A stretch of DNA of 64,000 nt from Firmicutes bacterium ADurb.Bin080. Its GTDB lineage: Bacteria; Bacillota; Clostridia; Christensenellales; DTU072. The notes beneath the pieces were generated by a model. That model was not told the DNA's origin, ran no database searches, and worked only from the letters and a program-made list of their open reading frames with translations. Made by a program: the position numbers and the translations under genes. Positions 55,652 through 64,000 of this stretch are shown piece after piece. Position 1 is the first letter of the stretch. Every line of letters begins with the position of its first letter. The stretch covers positions 20,499-84,498 of the forward strand of contig MWEH01000138.1 in assembly GCA_002070965.1 (NCBI GenBank). Reading direction: 5' to 3'.

Positions 55652-57973
55652 ATGAATAATATAAGAATTAATATTGAATCAGCGCTTGAAGAGGGGAAAC
55701 TAACATTTCCAGAAATTTTTTGCTGTAAGAAATATTCTTTTGAAGAAAAAAGGGCAGGATTAAGCGATTCAGATTTAATCAATATGCTGCTAGATATGTA
55801 TTTGATTCGTTCTTTTGAAAATAAGCTAAAAACAATAAAAAAGACAAAGAAATTTGGGACCAAGGATTTTAGCCTTGCTGGACCGATTCACTTAATTAAT
55901 GGAGAAGAAGCTGCTTGCGTAGGGCAGGCATATGCTCTCGATAAGGAGGACTATTCTTTTGGTTCCCATCGCTCTCATGGCGAACTGTTAGCAAGATCAA
56001 TGTGTGCTATTTCTCATTGTTCGGAAGAAGAATTAAATAAAATAATGATGGGATATCAGCAGGGGTATTTATATGAAAAAACTAAGGATATTTTTGTAAA
56101 TAGCAAAAATATTAAAGATTTAGCGCGCTTTTATATTATATATGGGGCAATATCAGAAATATTTGGGAAAGATACGGGTTTCCAAAAAGGTTGTGCAGGT
56201 TCAATGCACATGTTTTTTCCGCCTTTTGGGGTTTTCCCTGCCAATGCAATTGTTGGGGGCTCAGCCCCAATCGCTACAGGAGCCGCATTGTATAAAAAAA
56301 TTAAGGGGGAAAAAAGTATTTCTATCGCTAACTTAGGAGATGGTGCTGTTGGATGCGGAATAGTTTTTGAGTCGATGAATTTCGCCGCGATGAAGCAATA
56401 TAATCTTTTGTGGAAGAAAAAGGGAGGATTACCGGTTCTTTTCAATTTTTTTAATAATGGTTATGGAATGGGAGGAAGCACTGTTGGGGAAACCATGTCA
56501 TATGATAAGCTTGTACGTATAGGTTCTGGGATCTCTGAGAATGCTATTAACGCTGAAAGAGTGAATGGTATGGACACTCTTGCAGTATATTACGCAACAA
56601 AAAGAAAGAAAAAAGAAATTGTTCAAGGAAATGGCCCAGCGCTACTTGATATAGTAACCTATAGATTTGAAGGACATTCTGAATCTGATAAGGAAGAGAT
56701 TAGAGAAAATGATGAAATTTCTCAATGGAAGAAAATAGACCCGCTGGATACTTTTGCAACCAAATTGATTAATAAAAAGATTATTTCAAAGGAACAAATA
56801 TTATCCTCATATGCCCAAATCGAAGAATTGGTAACATTGGCTTTTGAATCAGCTGTCGATACAAACTTATCTCCAAGAACGATTTTCTCTCGGGAAAAGA
56901 AGCGACATCTCTCACATAATGAAAACAAAATAAATAGTAGTATTGAATCGGATATTTCGTATTTACAAGAAAACAAAAAGATAGAAACGCATACTTACTC
57001 TATATGTGGGGTTAAGGAAGCTCTTCAATATACGGTTAAAGAGGCTTTTGAAAGATTTGATGATCTGGTTTCTTTTGGCGTTAATGCAAGAGATTGGGGA
57101 GGAAGTAACTCGATATATGCTAATATGAAGAACAATTTGGGGTATGAAAGGTTATTTAATTCTCCCGTGAGTGAAGCTTGTATGGTCAGCGTTGCTATTG
57201 GATATTCTATGTCGGGTGGAAGGGCGATTGTAGACATTATGTTTTCGGGGTTCATAGGTAGAGCAGGGGATGAGATTTTCAACCAATTGGCGAAATGGAA
57301 CAGTATAAGTGCCGGATATTTTAGCTTGAAGGTTATTATTAGGGCCACAACAAGCAGGACTTATGGCGCACAGCATTCTCAAGATTGGGCATCGCTCATT
57401 ACTCATATCCCAGGATTATCAGTAATGTATCCTGTTACACCTTATGATGTTAAAGGATTATTTAATATGGCTTTGGAATCACCTCAACCCGTAGTATTTT
57501 TTGAAAACAAAGAATTGTTTGCAGATGAAAATATTAAGATGGAAATCCCGAAAGGGCATTATACCAAACAAATAGGCGAGCCCACTAAGATTATGGAAGG
57601 AAACAGTATTACGATACTTGCCATAGGGCCAGTTCTATATGATGTTTTAGAGGCATTAAAAGAAAAATCTTTAAATGGGATTACCGGGGATGTTTTTTCT
57701 GCAGGAAGCATAGAACCATTTAACTATGAACAAATTTTAAACTCAATAGAAAAAACGGGGAAATGTTTAATAATCGGCCATGAAAACGAAAGGGTTTCGA
57801 TACTTAAGAATTATGCATATGATATATTTAGTTTAGCTGAAAGGAATTTGAAAAAAGCACCAAGCATTCTTGGAGCTTACGATAGTATCACGCCTAGTTA
57901 TGAAAATATGGGCGATTTTTTCCCAAATATAAGTTTAATTGCAAATAAAGTAATGGAAATATGTTTGCATTAA
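55652..57973 (+). CDS. TPP-dependent 2-oxoacid dehydrogenase E1 component, fused alpha+beta subunits
   Basis: Alpha part: MYLIRSFENKL, GPIHLINGEEA, SHRSHGE, GAGSMHMF-like (CAGSMHMF), LGDGAVGCG, YRFEGHSESD. Beta part: SPVSEACMVSVAIGYSMSGGRAIVDIMFSGF. One continuous 773-aa frame. Confidence 0.88.
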   Translation: MNNIRINIESALEEGKLTFPEIFCCKKYSFEEKRAGLSDSDLINMLLDMYLIRSFENKLKTIKKTKKFGTKDFSLAGPIHLINGEEAACVGQAYALDKEDYSFGSHRSHGELLARSMCAISHCSEEELNKIMMGYQQGYLYEKTKDIFVNSKNIKDLARFYIIYGAISEIFGKDTGFQKGCAGSMHMFFPPFGVFPANAIVGGSAPIATGAALYKKIKGEKSISIANLGDGAVGCGIVFESMNFAAMKQYNLLWKKKGGLPVLFNFFNNGYGMGGSTVGETMSYDKLVRIGSGISENAINAERVNGMDTLAVYYATKRKKKEIVQGNGPALLDIVTYRFEGHSESDKEEIRENDEISQWKKIDPLDTFATKLINKKIISKEQILSSYAQIEELVTLAFESAVDTNLSPRTIFSREKKRHLSHNENKINSSIESDISYLQENKKIETHTYSICGVKEALQYTVKEAFERFDDLVSFGVNARDWGGSNSIYANMKNNLGYERLFNSPVSEACMVSVAIGYSMSGGRAIVDIMFSGFIGRAGDEIFNQLAKWNSISAGYFSLKVIIRATTSRTYGAQHSQDWASLITHIPGLSVMYPVTPYDVKGLFNMALESPQPVVFFENKELFADENIKMEIPKGHYTKQIGEPTKIMEGNSITILAIGPVLYDVLEALKEKSLNGITGDVFSAGSIEPFNYEQILNSIEKTGKCLIIGHENERVSILKNYAYDIFSLAERNLKKAPSILGAYDSITPSYENMGDFFPNISLIANKVMEICLH

Positions 57974-58012
57974 TTAGTCCAAAAGATTGATAGAACTAAT
58001 GAGATATTCCTA

Positions 58013-58111
58013 TTAAGAACCATACTTTGCGTACAGAATAATAATTATTACTGCAAGCATTATTATTCCCATTATCCAACCAATTAATTTTTGCCGAAAA
58101 TATCTTTTCAT
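58013..58111 (-). CDS. Unannotated small hydrophobic peptide (32 aa): MKRYFRQKLIGWIMGIIMLAVIIIILYAKYGS
   Basis: It is below the ORF-track cutoff. GAGGTGG SD (58123-58117) lies 5 nt before the ATG (58111-58109), and a consensus promoter lies directly upstream. It has a basic N-terminus, a single TM-like core and a TAA stop. Confidence 0.5.
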   Translation of the reverse strand: MKRYFRQKLIGWIMGIIMLAVIIIILYAKYGS

Positions 58112-58128
58112 TAATCCACCTCGCAATC

Positions 58129-58157
58129 ATTATATTGGAAATATTGGAATATGTCAA
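58129..58157 (-). promoter_or_regulatory. Perfect-consensus sigma70 promoter driving the small peptide gene
   Basis: The minus strand reads TTGACA (58157-58152), 17 nt, TATAAT (58134-58129). Confidence 0.6.
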
Positions 58158-58283
58158 AAAAGATATAAGGAATCAATTTTTACAAAAGACAAAATAATTA
58201 AATCAATATTTATTAAAACTTAAGAATTTTGATGTTTTCTAGAATTAAGTAAGGTCATAAAAATTTATGTTGGAAGTACTATA

Positions 58284-58312
58284 TTGTCGCAAAAACGGGT
58301 ATATGCTAAAAT
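58284..58312 (+). promoter_or_regulatory. Candidate promoter with extended -10 for the FAD oxidoreductase gene
   Basis: TTGTCG (58284-58289), 17 nt ending in TG (58304-58305), TAAAAT (58307-58312). A GGGGGA SD precedes the ATG at 58334. Confidence 0.4.
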
Positions 58313-58333
58313 TGTAAAAAGGGGGAAAATCAC

Positions 58334-59647
58334 ATGAAGATTATTATAGCCGGGGCTGGACATGGGGGACTGGTGGCAGGAGCGCTTCTTGCAAAAGCTG
58401 GTCATCAAGTGGAATTATATGAAAAAAATTCTCAAGAAAATTTGGGACACGATTGGGAAGACCGATTTGATGTCAAAGTACTCTATGATTTTGTGAATAA
58501 AGAAGTTCCTTGGGAAAAACTAAGAAAGAGAAGCGATTCTACGTTTTATAGCCCAGATCAAAAAACTCCGGTCGTTGTTAGATTTAAGGATATTTCTAGA
58601 CCCAGAATGATGTGGAGAAAGGATATTTTATCTGAGCTATTTGAGTATTTTTATAAATGTGGTGGAAAGGCATTTTTTGGGAAAGAAATATTATCTGCAA
58701 TTGTTGAGAATGACACTATTAAAGGAGTTTTTCTGTCAGATGGCCCGGTTTATTCAGATCTCGTTATAGATAGTCTAGGAACGTTGTCGAAGATAAGGTT
58801 AAATTTACCCGAACAACTAGGTATAGAAAAAAAGTTTGTTTATGGAGAAATATTTTACGCCTTTAGGGCTTATTATTTTAGAGAAGCTTCAGCTCTTGAT
58901 AAGGATGCCCCATTTGAAACATTTATTTCTCACTTGGGAGAACAGGGAATATCCTGGTATGATGGAGAAGGAAGTTGCGCTGATATTTTGATTGGAAGAA
59001 TTAACCCCTTATCGGACGATGATATAGAATATTCTCTTGACTCATTCCATAGATCAGATTTTTCTTTAACCAAAAAAATATTACATGGGGGACAAAAGGG
59101 AATTATTCCAGTTAGAAGACCTTTGCCACTTTTTGTTTCTAATGGATACGCTGCGGTTGGTGACAGTGCATACATGACAACTCCTATGAATGGAATGGGG
59201 ATAGAATTGAGCCTATATGCTGGCAGGATATTAGCTGATACTATTATTAAGAATAAAGATGTTTCCATTTCAGGTTTGTGGGATTTTAATCGACAATATA
59301 TAACATCAAAAGGAGGAGCTCAAGCCTCTAATGAAATATTGAAGAATACTTTATTAAATTTATTACCCGAAGAAGTTGATTTTTTATTTAGAGAAAGAAT
59401 AATTACTTCAGCAGAACTATCTGGCGCAGGAGCCGACACTAGACTTAATGTATTGATAGGAAAATTGTTCCGTGGGTTAAAAAGACCTAAAACTTTCTTC
59501 AAAGTATTGAGCGCTGTTGGTCTTGGAAAAAAGGCACAAAAACATTATTCGAGATTCCCAAAATTATATAATGATGGGACAGAATACAGAATATGGAAAG
59601 AAGGCTTATCCAGATTTATTGTTCCTGTTTGTAAAAGATCTAAATAA
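58334..59647 (+). CDS. FAD/NAD(P)-binding oxidoreductase (geranylgeranyl-reductase/FixC-like family)
   Basis: N-terminal Rossmann motif KIIIAGAGHGGLVAGALLAKAGHQVELYEK, plus a downstream AAVGDSAYMTTPMNGMG (GD-type FAD motif). Substrate is unknown. Confidence 0.75.
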   Translation: MKIIIAGAGHGGLVAGALLAKAGHQVELYEKNSQENLGHDWEDRFDVKVLYDFVNKEVPWEKLRKRSDSTFYSPDQKTPVVVRFKDISRPRMMWRKDILSELFEYFYKCGGKAFFGKEILSAIVENDTIKGVFLSDGPVYSDLVIDSLGTLSKIRLNLPEQLGIEKKFVYGEIFYAFRAYYFREASALDKDAPFETFISHLGEQGISWYDGEGSCADILIGRINPLSDDDIEYSLDSFHRSDFSLTKKILHGGQKGIIPVRRPLPLFVSNGYAAVGDSAYMTTPMNGMGIELSLYAGRILADTIIKNKDVSISGLWDFNRQYITSKGGAQASNEILKNTLLNLLPEEVDFLFRERIITSAELSGAGADTRLNVLIGKLFRGLKRPKTFFKVLSAVGLGKKAQKHYSRFPKLYNDGTEYRIWKEGLSRFIVPVCKRSK

Positions 59648-59669
59648 TTTATTGAGGGAACTTATTGGT

Positions 59670-60536
59670 ATGAAATACGAAAGATATTTAATCGATGAAA
59701 ATGAAAGGAAAAGAATAGGCGGAGAATATGCAATTCTAAGCGATGGCCACACCCATTATGAGCTGAAGGGTGAGGGAGCACCCGTAGTCTTGGTTCATGG
59801 GTTTTCGACACCTCTATACATATATGATAAGATTTTTATTTCTTTGACAAAAATGGGATATAAGGTCTTAAGATATGATTTATATGGAAGGGGTTTTTCT
59901 GATAGACCGAACAAAAAGAATTCTTTAGATTTACTTGTAAAACAACTAGAAGAGCTAATTGATTTATTTTTTCCAGGGGAAAAAATATTTTTAATGGGAA
60001 CCTCTATGGGCGGGTCTGTTGTGGCTGCATATGCAAAAAGACATCCCTCAAGAATCGAGAAGTTATTTTTATTTGCACCTGCTGGTATGCCATTTAGACC
60101 TCCGTTATATATGAAATTATCAAAAATACCCGTATTAGGAGATTTAGTATTTAAGACAATGGCTACCCCAATAATGGTAAAAGGTATTACTAACGAATTA
60201 ATTTATTCAATTAATGAAAAAGAGTACTATCAAAAAGAGTTTTTGAAGTCTGTAATGTATAAAGGTTTTTCTAGAGCGTTATTATCTAGTTTAAGAAACA
60301 TTGTTTTAAAACCAAAAATGACCTTACCAGGGTTTGAATCTTTGGATATTAACAATGTTAAAGTTGTAGCAATATGGGGTACTGCGGACAAAACCATGCC
60401 ATATTACCAAGCAGAAACATTAAAAAAAGTCGTTAAATCATTAACGTTTTATGAATTTGAGGGATCAGGGCATCTATTCATTTTTGACGAAGGAGAAAGA
60501 ACAATGGCAATTATTGAAAAAGAATTGTCAGACTAA
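59670..60536 (+). CDS. Alpha/beta-fold hydrolase
   Basis: The ATG at 59670 (MKYERYL...) follows a GAGGGA SD and avoids overlap with the upstream gene. HGFSTP oxyanion region, nucleophile elbow GTSMGG, C-terminal GSGHL. Confidence 0.85.
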   Translation: MKYERYLIDENERKRIGGEYAILSDGHTHYELKGEGAPVVLVHGFSTPLYIYDKIFISLTKMGYKVLRYDLYGRGFSDRPNKKNSLDLLVKQLEELIDLFFPGEKIFLMGTSMGGSVVAAYAKRHPSRIEKLFLFAPAGMPFRPPLYMKLSKIPVLGDLVFKTMATPIMVKGITNELIYSINEKEYYQKEFLKSVMYKGFSRALLSSLRNIVLKPKMTLPGFESLDINNVKVVAIWGTADKTMPYYQAETLKKVVKSLTFYEFEGSGHLFIFDEGERTMAIIEKELSD

Positions 60537-60646
60537 TAATAGTTTTTCCGTTTTTTGTCGGTTGTTAAGAAATGAAAAGATTATGATATAATTGGTAAAA
60601 CAAGAATAAATTTTTTAAAGTAAGACATTTAAGGTAAAAGTAATCT

Positions 60647-61450
60647 GTGGAAAAAGAAAAAATAATTGCTTTTTGTTATGATTTTGACAAAACCCTTACC
60701 CCTGATGATATGCAATCGCAAGGGTTTATTCAGTCACTTGGGGCCACTCCCTATGATTTTTGGGAGGAAACTGCTAAAACCACAATTAAAGGCAATATGG
60801 ATTCAAACTTGTCATATATGTATATGATGCTCAAAAAGTATAATGAGAGGTCGGGCCCTTTGACAAGGGAGGAGCTAAAGAGTTATGGAGTTGGATTAAG
60901 GTTTTTCCCTGGGGTAATGAACTGGTTCTTGCTAATTAATAGATTCGCTGAGACATTAGGAGTAAAAGTAGAGCATTATGTAATTTCCTCTGGCATAAAG
61001 GAAATGATTGAAGGATGTGCCATTGCAAAGTTTTTTAAAAAAATATATGCATCTTCTTTTTATTACGAATCAAATATCGCTGTTTGGCCCGCAATGGTAG
61101 TAAATTACACTAATAAAACTCAATTTTTATTTAGAATCAGCAAGGGGTATTTAGATGAAACAGATGAAAGAGTAAATGATTCAATTTCTCCTGAAAATTA
61201 TAGAATTCCTTTCAAAAGGATTATATATCTTGGTGATAGTGTAACAGATATTCCTTGTATGAAAGTTGTTACAAGCTATGGAGGATATTCTTTGGGCATA
61301 TACGATTCGGAACTGTCTAATTCTAAAAGAGTTGAGAGAATGCTTCAGGAAAAACGCATATGCAATTTTTTTCAATCTGATTACAGAGAAAACTCCCCTT
61401 TGTTTCAAGCTTGTTGTGATATCATCAAAAAGATTAAAGAAGATGATTAG
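60647..61450 (+). CDS. HAD-superfamily hydrolase (subfamily IB-like)
   Basis: GTG start. Motif I YDFDKTLTP near the N-terminus, ISSG (motif II-like), YLGDSVTDIPCM (motif IV). An extended -10 (TGATATAAT) lies at 60584-60592. Confidence 0.7.
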   Translation: MEKEKIIAFCYDFDKTLTPDDMQSQGFIQSLGATPYDFWEETAKTTIKGNMDSNLSYMYMMLKKYNERSGPLTREELKSYGVGLRFFPGVMNWFLLINRFAETLGVKVEHYVISSGIKEMIEGCAIAKFFKKIYASSFYYESNIAVWPAMVVNYTNKTQFLFRISKGYLDETDERVNDSISPENYRIPFKRIIYLGDSVTDIPCMKVVTSYGGYSLGIYDSELSNSKRVERMLQEKRICNFFQSDYRENSPLFQACCDIIKKIKEDD

Positions 61451-61547
61451 ATCTTTTTTAGAATGTAATTTAGACAAAATCTAATTGATTTTGAGATTCT
61501 AATAGTAGAATATATGTGTAATTATTTAGGTACATTTTGGAGGAATA

Positions 61548-62999
61548 ATGGAAGAAATACTTGAAAAGACAGATCAGAATAATGAAGCAGTACATGAAAT
61601 TGTTCCCAAAAAAGAAAAACTTTCTTATGCTTTAACAAACACAGGGCAAACAATGATCTATGGACTTTTCAGTATGCTTTTGTTGTTTATGACAGATTAT
61701 TTGGGAATAACTCCAGCTATTGCAGGACTAATTATTACTCTCACGAGAATATTTGATGCAATTAATGATCCAATAATGGGCCAGATTGTTGATAGAACAA
61801 AAACAAAATGGGGAAAATGCAGACCCTATATGCTTTTTACACCAATTCCTGTGGCATTAGTTGCTTTATTGTTGTTTTTGCCTTTAGGTTTGTCCGGGGG
61901 AGCAGCAATTGCTTATGCGACTGTTGTATATTTAATTTTTACGGTTGTTTATACGGCCAACGATATACCTTATTGGAGCATGTCATCAGTTATTACAACT
62001 GATCCCAAGCAACGTGTACAGATAGTTACATTAACAAGGTTAATCGGCGGAATCGGATCTGGTCTTGCGATAGGTGGTTTTTGGTATGTAAATAAGTTGT
62101 TTGTTGATTTTGCAGGAGCAGGAAAAAATATGGGCTTTTTCTTAGCTTCTGCAGTCTTTTGTGTTTTTGGAACTATATTAATGCTTCAAGGTTTTTTTAA
62201 CACAAAAGAAAGAGTTGTTGAAGTTGCTAACAAGAAAGAATCTTTTTTTGAAAATCTTAAGCTTATCCCTAAATCAAGTCCTCTGGTTATTAATATCATA
62301 GCTGGTGCATTGTATTCAATTGTTACAGTAGGGTCAACGGCAATGACGACATATTTTGTGAAATGGAATGTAAAGGAAATTTATCCTGATTTGGCATCAA
62401 CCGATATTATGAGTATTTTTACGCCTGTTATAGGAATTTTGCCAGCCATAGCCTCTGTTATTGGATTGTTAATAGCGCCCATTTTAATTAAAAAATTTGA
62501 AAAGAAAAATGTTTTAATAGCCTCTTGTTTTCTTGGCGTAGTTGTAAACATAGTTTCATATTTCATAGGTTATTCCAATCTTTATGTATTTATACTGATG
62601 AGGTTTGTGGCTTTTCTTCCCACTGGTATTTGGTCTACCATCACTACCTTATTTATTGGAGATAGTGTTGATTATATTGAATATAAAACCGGTAAGAGGG
62701 TGGAGGGAACTTGTTTTTCGCTACTCACTTTTTTGGGTAAGTTTCAAAATAGCATTAGTGTTGCTATTACTGGGGCAATCCTTACTTTTGTCGGATATAA
62801 TGGACTTCTTGATCCAGATAGCCAATCACAAAGTACTTTTGCACTTCAGGGAATATTTTTTATGGTTACGATTGTTGCAGCGATAGGTTATTTACTTTCC
62901 TTGATACCGTATTTCTTTTATAAATTGGATAGAAAAACCCATCAAATGATGGTAGAGGCAAACATGAAAAAGAAGAGTCAAAAAACGCAAAGCGAATAA
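61548..62999 (+). CDS. Glycoside-pentoside-hexuronide (GPH):cation symporter family transporter
   Basis: GGAGG SD. EKLSYALTNTGQTMIY..., the signature R(I)FDAINDPIMGQIVDRTKTKWGKCRPY, and about 12 predicted hydrophobic segments. Confidence 0.9.
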   Translation: MEEILEKTDQNNEAVHEIVPKKEKLSYALTNTGQTMIYGLFSMLLLFMTDYLGITPAIAGLIITLTRIFDAINDPIMGQIVDRTKTKWGKCRPYMLFTPIPVALVALLLFLPLGLSGGAAIAYATVVYLIFTVVYTANDIPYWSMSSVITTDPKQRVQIVTLTRLIGGIGSGLAIGGFWYVNKLFVDFAGAGKNMGFFLASAVFCVFGTILMLQGFFNTKERVVEVANKKESFFENLKLIPKSSPLVINIIAGALYSIVTVGSTAMTTYFVKWNVKEIYPDLASTDIMSIFTPVIGILPAIASVIGLLIAPILIKKFEKKNVLIASCFLGVVVNIVSYFIGYSNLYVFILMRFVAFLPTGIWSTITTLFIGDSVDYIEYKTGKRVEGTCFSLLTFLGKFQNSISVAITGAILTFVGYNGLLDPDSQSQSTFALQGIFFMVTIVAAIGYLLSLIPYFFYKLDRKTHQMMVEANMKKKSQKTQSE

Positions 63000-63091
63000 T
63001 TTGAAGAAAATAGCCGTTTGATTCAATGCAGATTTCAGGGATTATTGAGTTAGAAAGATGGAATTTCACTTTTCATATATTAATTGATAGA

Positions 63092-63664
63092 TTACTTTTT
63101 AATTCTGTAGGTAATAGGTATCCTTCTTAATCTTTCGTAATGTTTAAGCTTTTTAAAAATATCACTGACGCTGAAGAAAAGGGTATGGAAAATTTCCCAA
63201 ACCGCTACCCAAGCCCCAATAATTAGCCCCTCGGATACTATTTCCGCAGCTATTCGTTCGGGAATAACCGCGTTAATTACATTCCCTGCAGTAAGTAAAG
63301 CTGTTCCAACTAGTATTAGCACAAACAATTTTTTCAGGCTATCCATCATTTCTGATTTAATTTTTCTTATTTGATAATTAAAATATCTTCTGAATCCCTC
63401 GATGCTTTTTTGTTCTTTTTCATCGCTAACAATATTATCAGGAACATAGAAATCTAGAGCCATATTTTTCTTTAATCCGATTTCATAGGAACATTCCATA
63501 ATATATCTTAAGAGACTTCCATCAAGTTCACGGTTGTTAAATGGAGAATAATCCCATTCAGAATATATATCACGATATGTATCAAGGTCGATAACCACAT
63601 GATATGAGTTATCAGTTTCATAATATTTGTATACATCTTTTAAATATTGGATTTTATCTTTCAT
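63092..63664 (-). CDS. Hypothetical protein with two C-terminal hydrophobic segments
   Basis: The ORF opens at 63679 (TTG), but GAGGAA precedes the ATG at 63664 (MKDKIQYL...). No family was recognised. Confidence 0.6.
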   Translation of the reverse strand: MKDKIQYLKDVYKYYETDNSYHVVIDLDTYRDIYSEWDYSPFNNRELDGSLLRYIMECSYEIGLKKNMALDFYVPDNIVSDEKEQKSIEGFRRYFNYQIRKIKSEMMDSLKKLFVLILVGTALLTAGNVINAVIPERIAAEIVSEGLIIGAWVAVWEIFHTLFFSVSDIFKKLKHYERLRRIPITYRIKK

Positions 63665-63756
63665 AGTACTTTTCCTCAATAGTAATATTATACATTAAAT
63701 GAATGAATTAAGGAAATCTAACGGATTAAGAATAATTAAAAAAGGTTTTCAGTCAG

Positions 63757-63818
63757 TTCTCAAAGTAAGTGCAACAGTAAGTGCAACATTCGGGATTTTG
63801 TCTCAAAGTAAGTGCAAC
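63757..63818 (+). repeat. Three direct copies of AGTAAGTGCAAC (two extended to TCTCAAAGTAAGTGCAAC) upstream of the IS30-like transposase start
   Basis: The copies end at 63775, 63787 and 63818. Confidence 0.8.
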
Positions 63819-63886
63819 TTCACAAAAAAGGTTGTTTGGCATAGAATGTATCCATGCAGTTTTGCAAATACCCTAGAGGAGGAATC

Positions 63887-64000
63887 ATGTCAAATGAAAA
63901 AAAGAATTACTCTCATCTAACATACAGAGACAGAACCATTATCTCTCATGCACTAAGCAACAAAGCTTCTTTTACCACCATCGCTAAAACTTTAGGAAAA
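63887..64000 (+). CDS. IS30-family transposase, N-terminal HTH fragment (continues beyond window)
   Basis: GGAGGA SD (63877-63882). MSNEKKNYSHLTYRDRTIISHALSNKASFTTIAKTLGK matches the hLTxxeRxxIxxxLxxxxSxxxIAxxLGr pattern at IS30 transposase N-termini. Confidence 0.65.
   Translation, partial: MSNEKKNYSHLTYRDRTIISHALSNKASFTTIAKTLGK

Noticed and set aside
55652-57973. The E1 alpha/beta 'fusion' as a sequencing frameshift joining two genes.
   Set aside because: The linker region of about 90 aa (…SREKKRHLSHNENKINSSIESDISYLQENKKIETHTYSI…) is in one frame. It has no stop, no SD and no start for a separate beta gene, so I treat it as a genuine fusion pending read-level verification.
59517-59669. 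N-terminal extension of the alpha/beta hydrolase ORF.
   Set aside because: It overlaps the 3' end of the FAD oxidoreductase gene by 131 nt. The ATG at 59670 has an SD and begins the conserved fold.
63699-63920. 73-aa ORF upstream of and overlapping the IS30-like transposase start.
   Set aside because: It has no SD. Its translation is generated largely by the AGTAAGTGCAAC repeats, and it overlaps the better-supported transposase start.

Overview
Low-GC, monoderm-type bacterial chromosome segment (Bacillota / Mycoplasmatota-like). It uses the standard code: Trp is always TGG and all long ORFs are intact. LEFT (1-12.3 kb) holds housekeeping genes: parE'-parC-type topoisomerase pair, der, an aminotransferase, guaB, a CofE-like ligase, a GH3 beta-glucosidase and rdgB, plus a 509-nt intergenic region carrying a degenerate 88-nt tandem repeat. 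CENTRE (12.3-52.5 kb) holds five co-directional, tightly packed surface-protein genes. They are dominated by one uninterrupted 34,053-nt ORF (11,350 aa). That protein has an N-terminal membrane anchor, Listeria-Bacteroides-type 'GW' repeats, roughly 100 MBG-like (YDG/YNG-motif) repeats with higher-order structure, five gapless copies of an unassigned 52-aa 'FYSD...GDGTDG...TYYV' module, and a GLUG-like C-terminal region. No sortase signal is visible. Upstream lies a 714-aa protein with a (DPVDPN)n linker. Downstream lie three proteins (242, 814 and 215 aa) whose N-termini resemble TasA/camelysin (SipW-class) signal peptides. The 814-aa protein carries a 7-copy unassigned repeat, and the 215-aa protein is BspA-type LRR. 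I regard this cassette as the candidate undescribed system (a giant surface fibre plus TasA-like accessory set). RIGHT (52.6-64 kb) holds eight minus-strand tRNA genes in two transcription units, lplA-birA (1-nt overlap), a fused E1 alpha/beta 2-oxoacid dehydrogenase and an unannotated 32-codon hydrophobic peptide gene with a consensus promoter. It also holds an FAD oxidoreductase, an alpha/beta hydrolase, a HAD hydrolase, a GPH sugar symporter, a hypothetical membrane protein and the edge of an IS30-like element. All domain assignments come from motif recognition by eye, not from searches.
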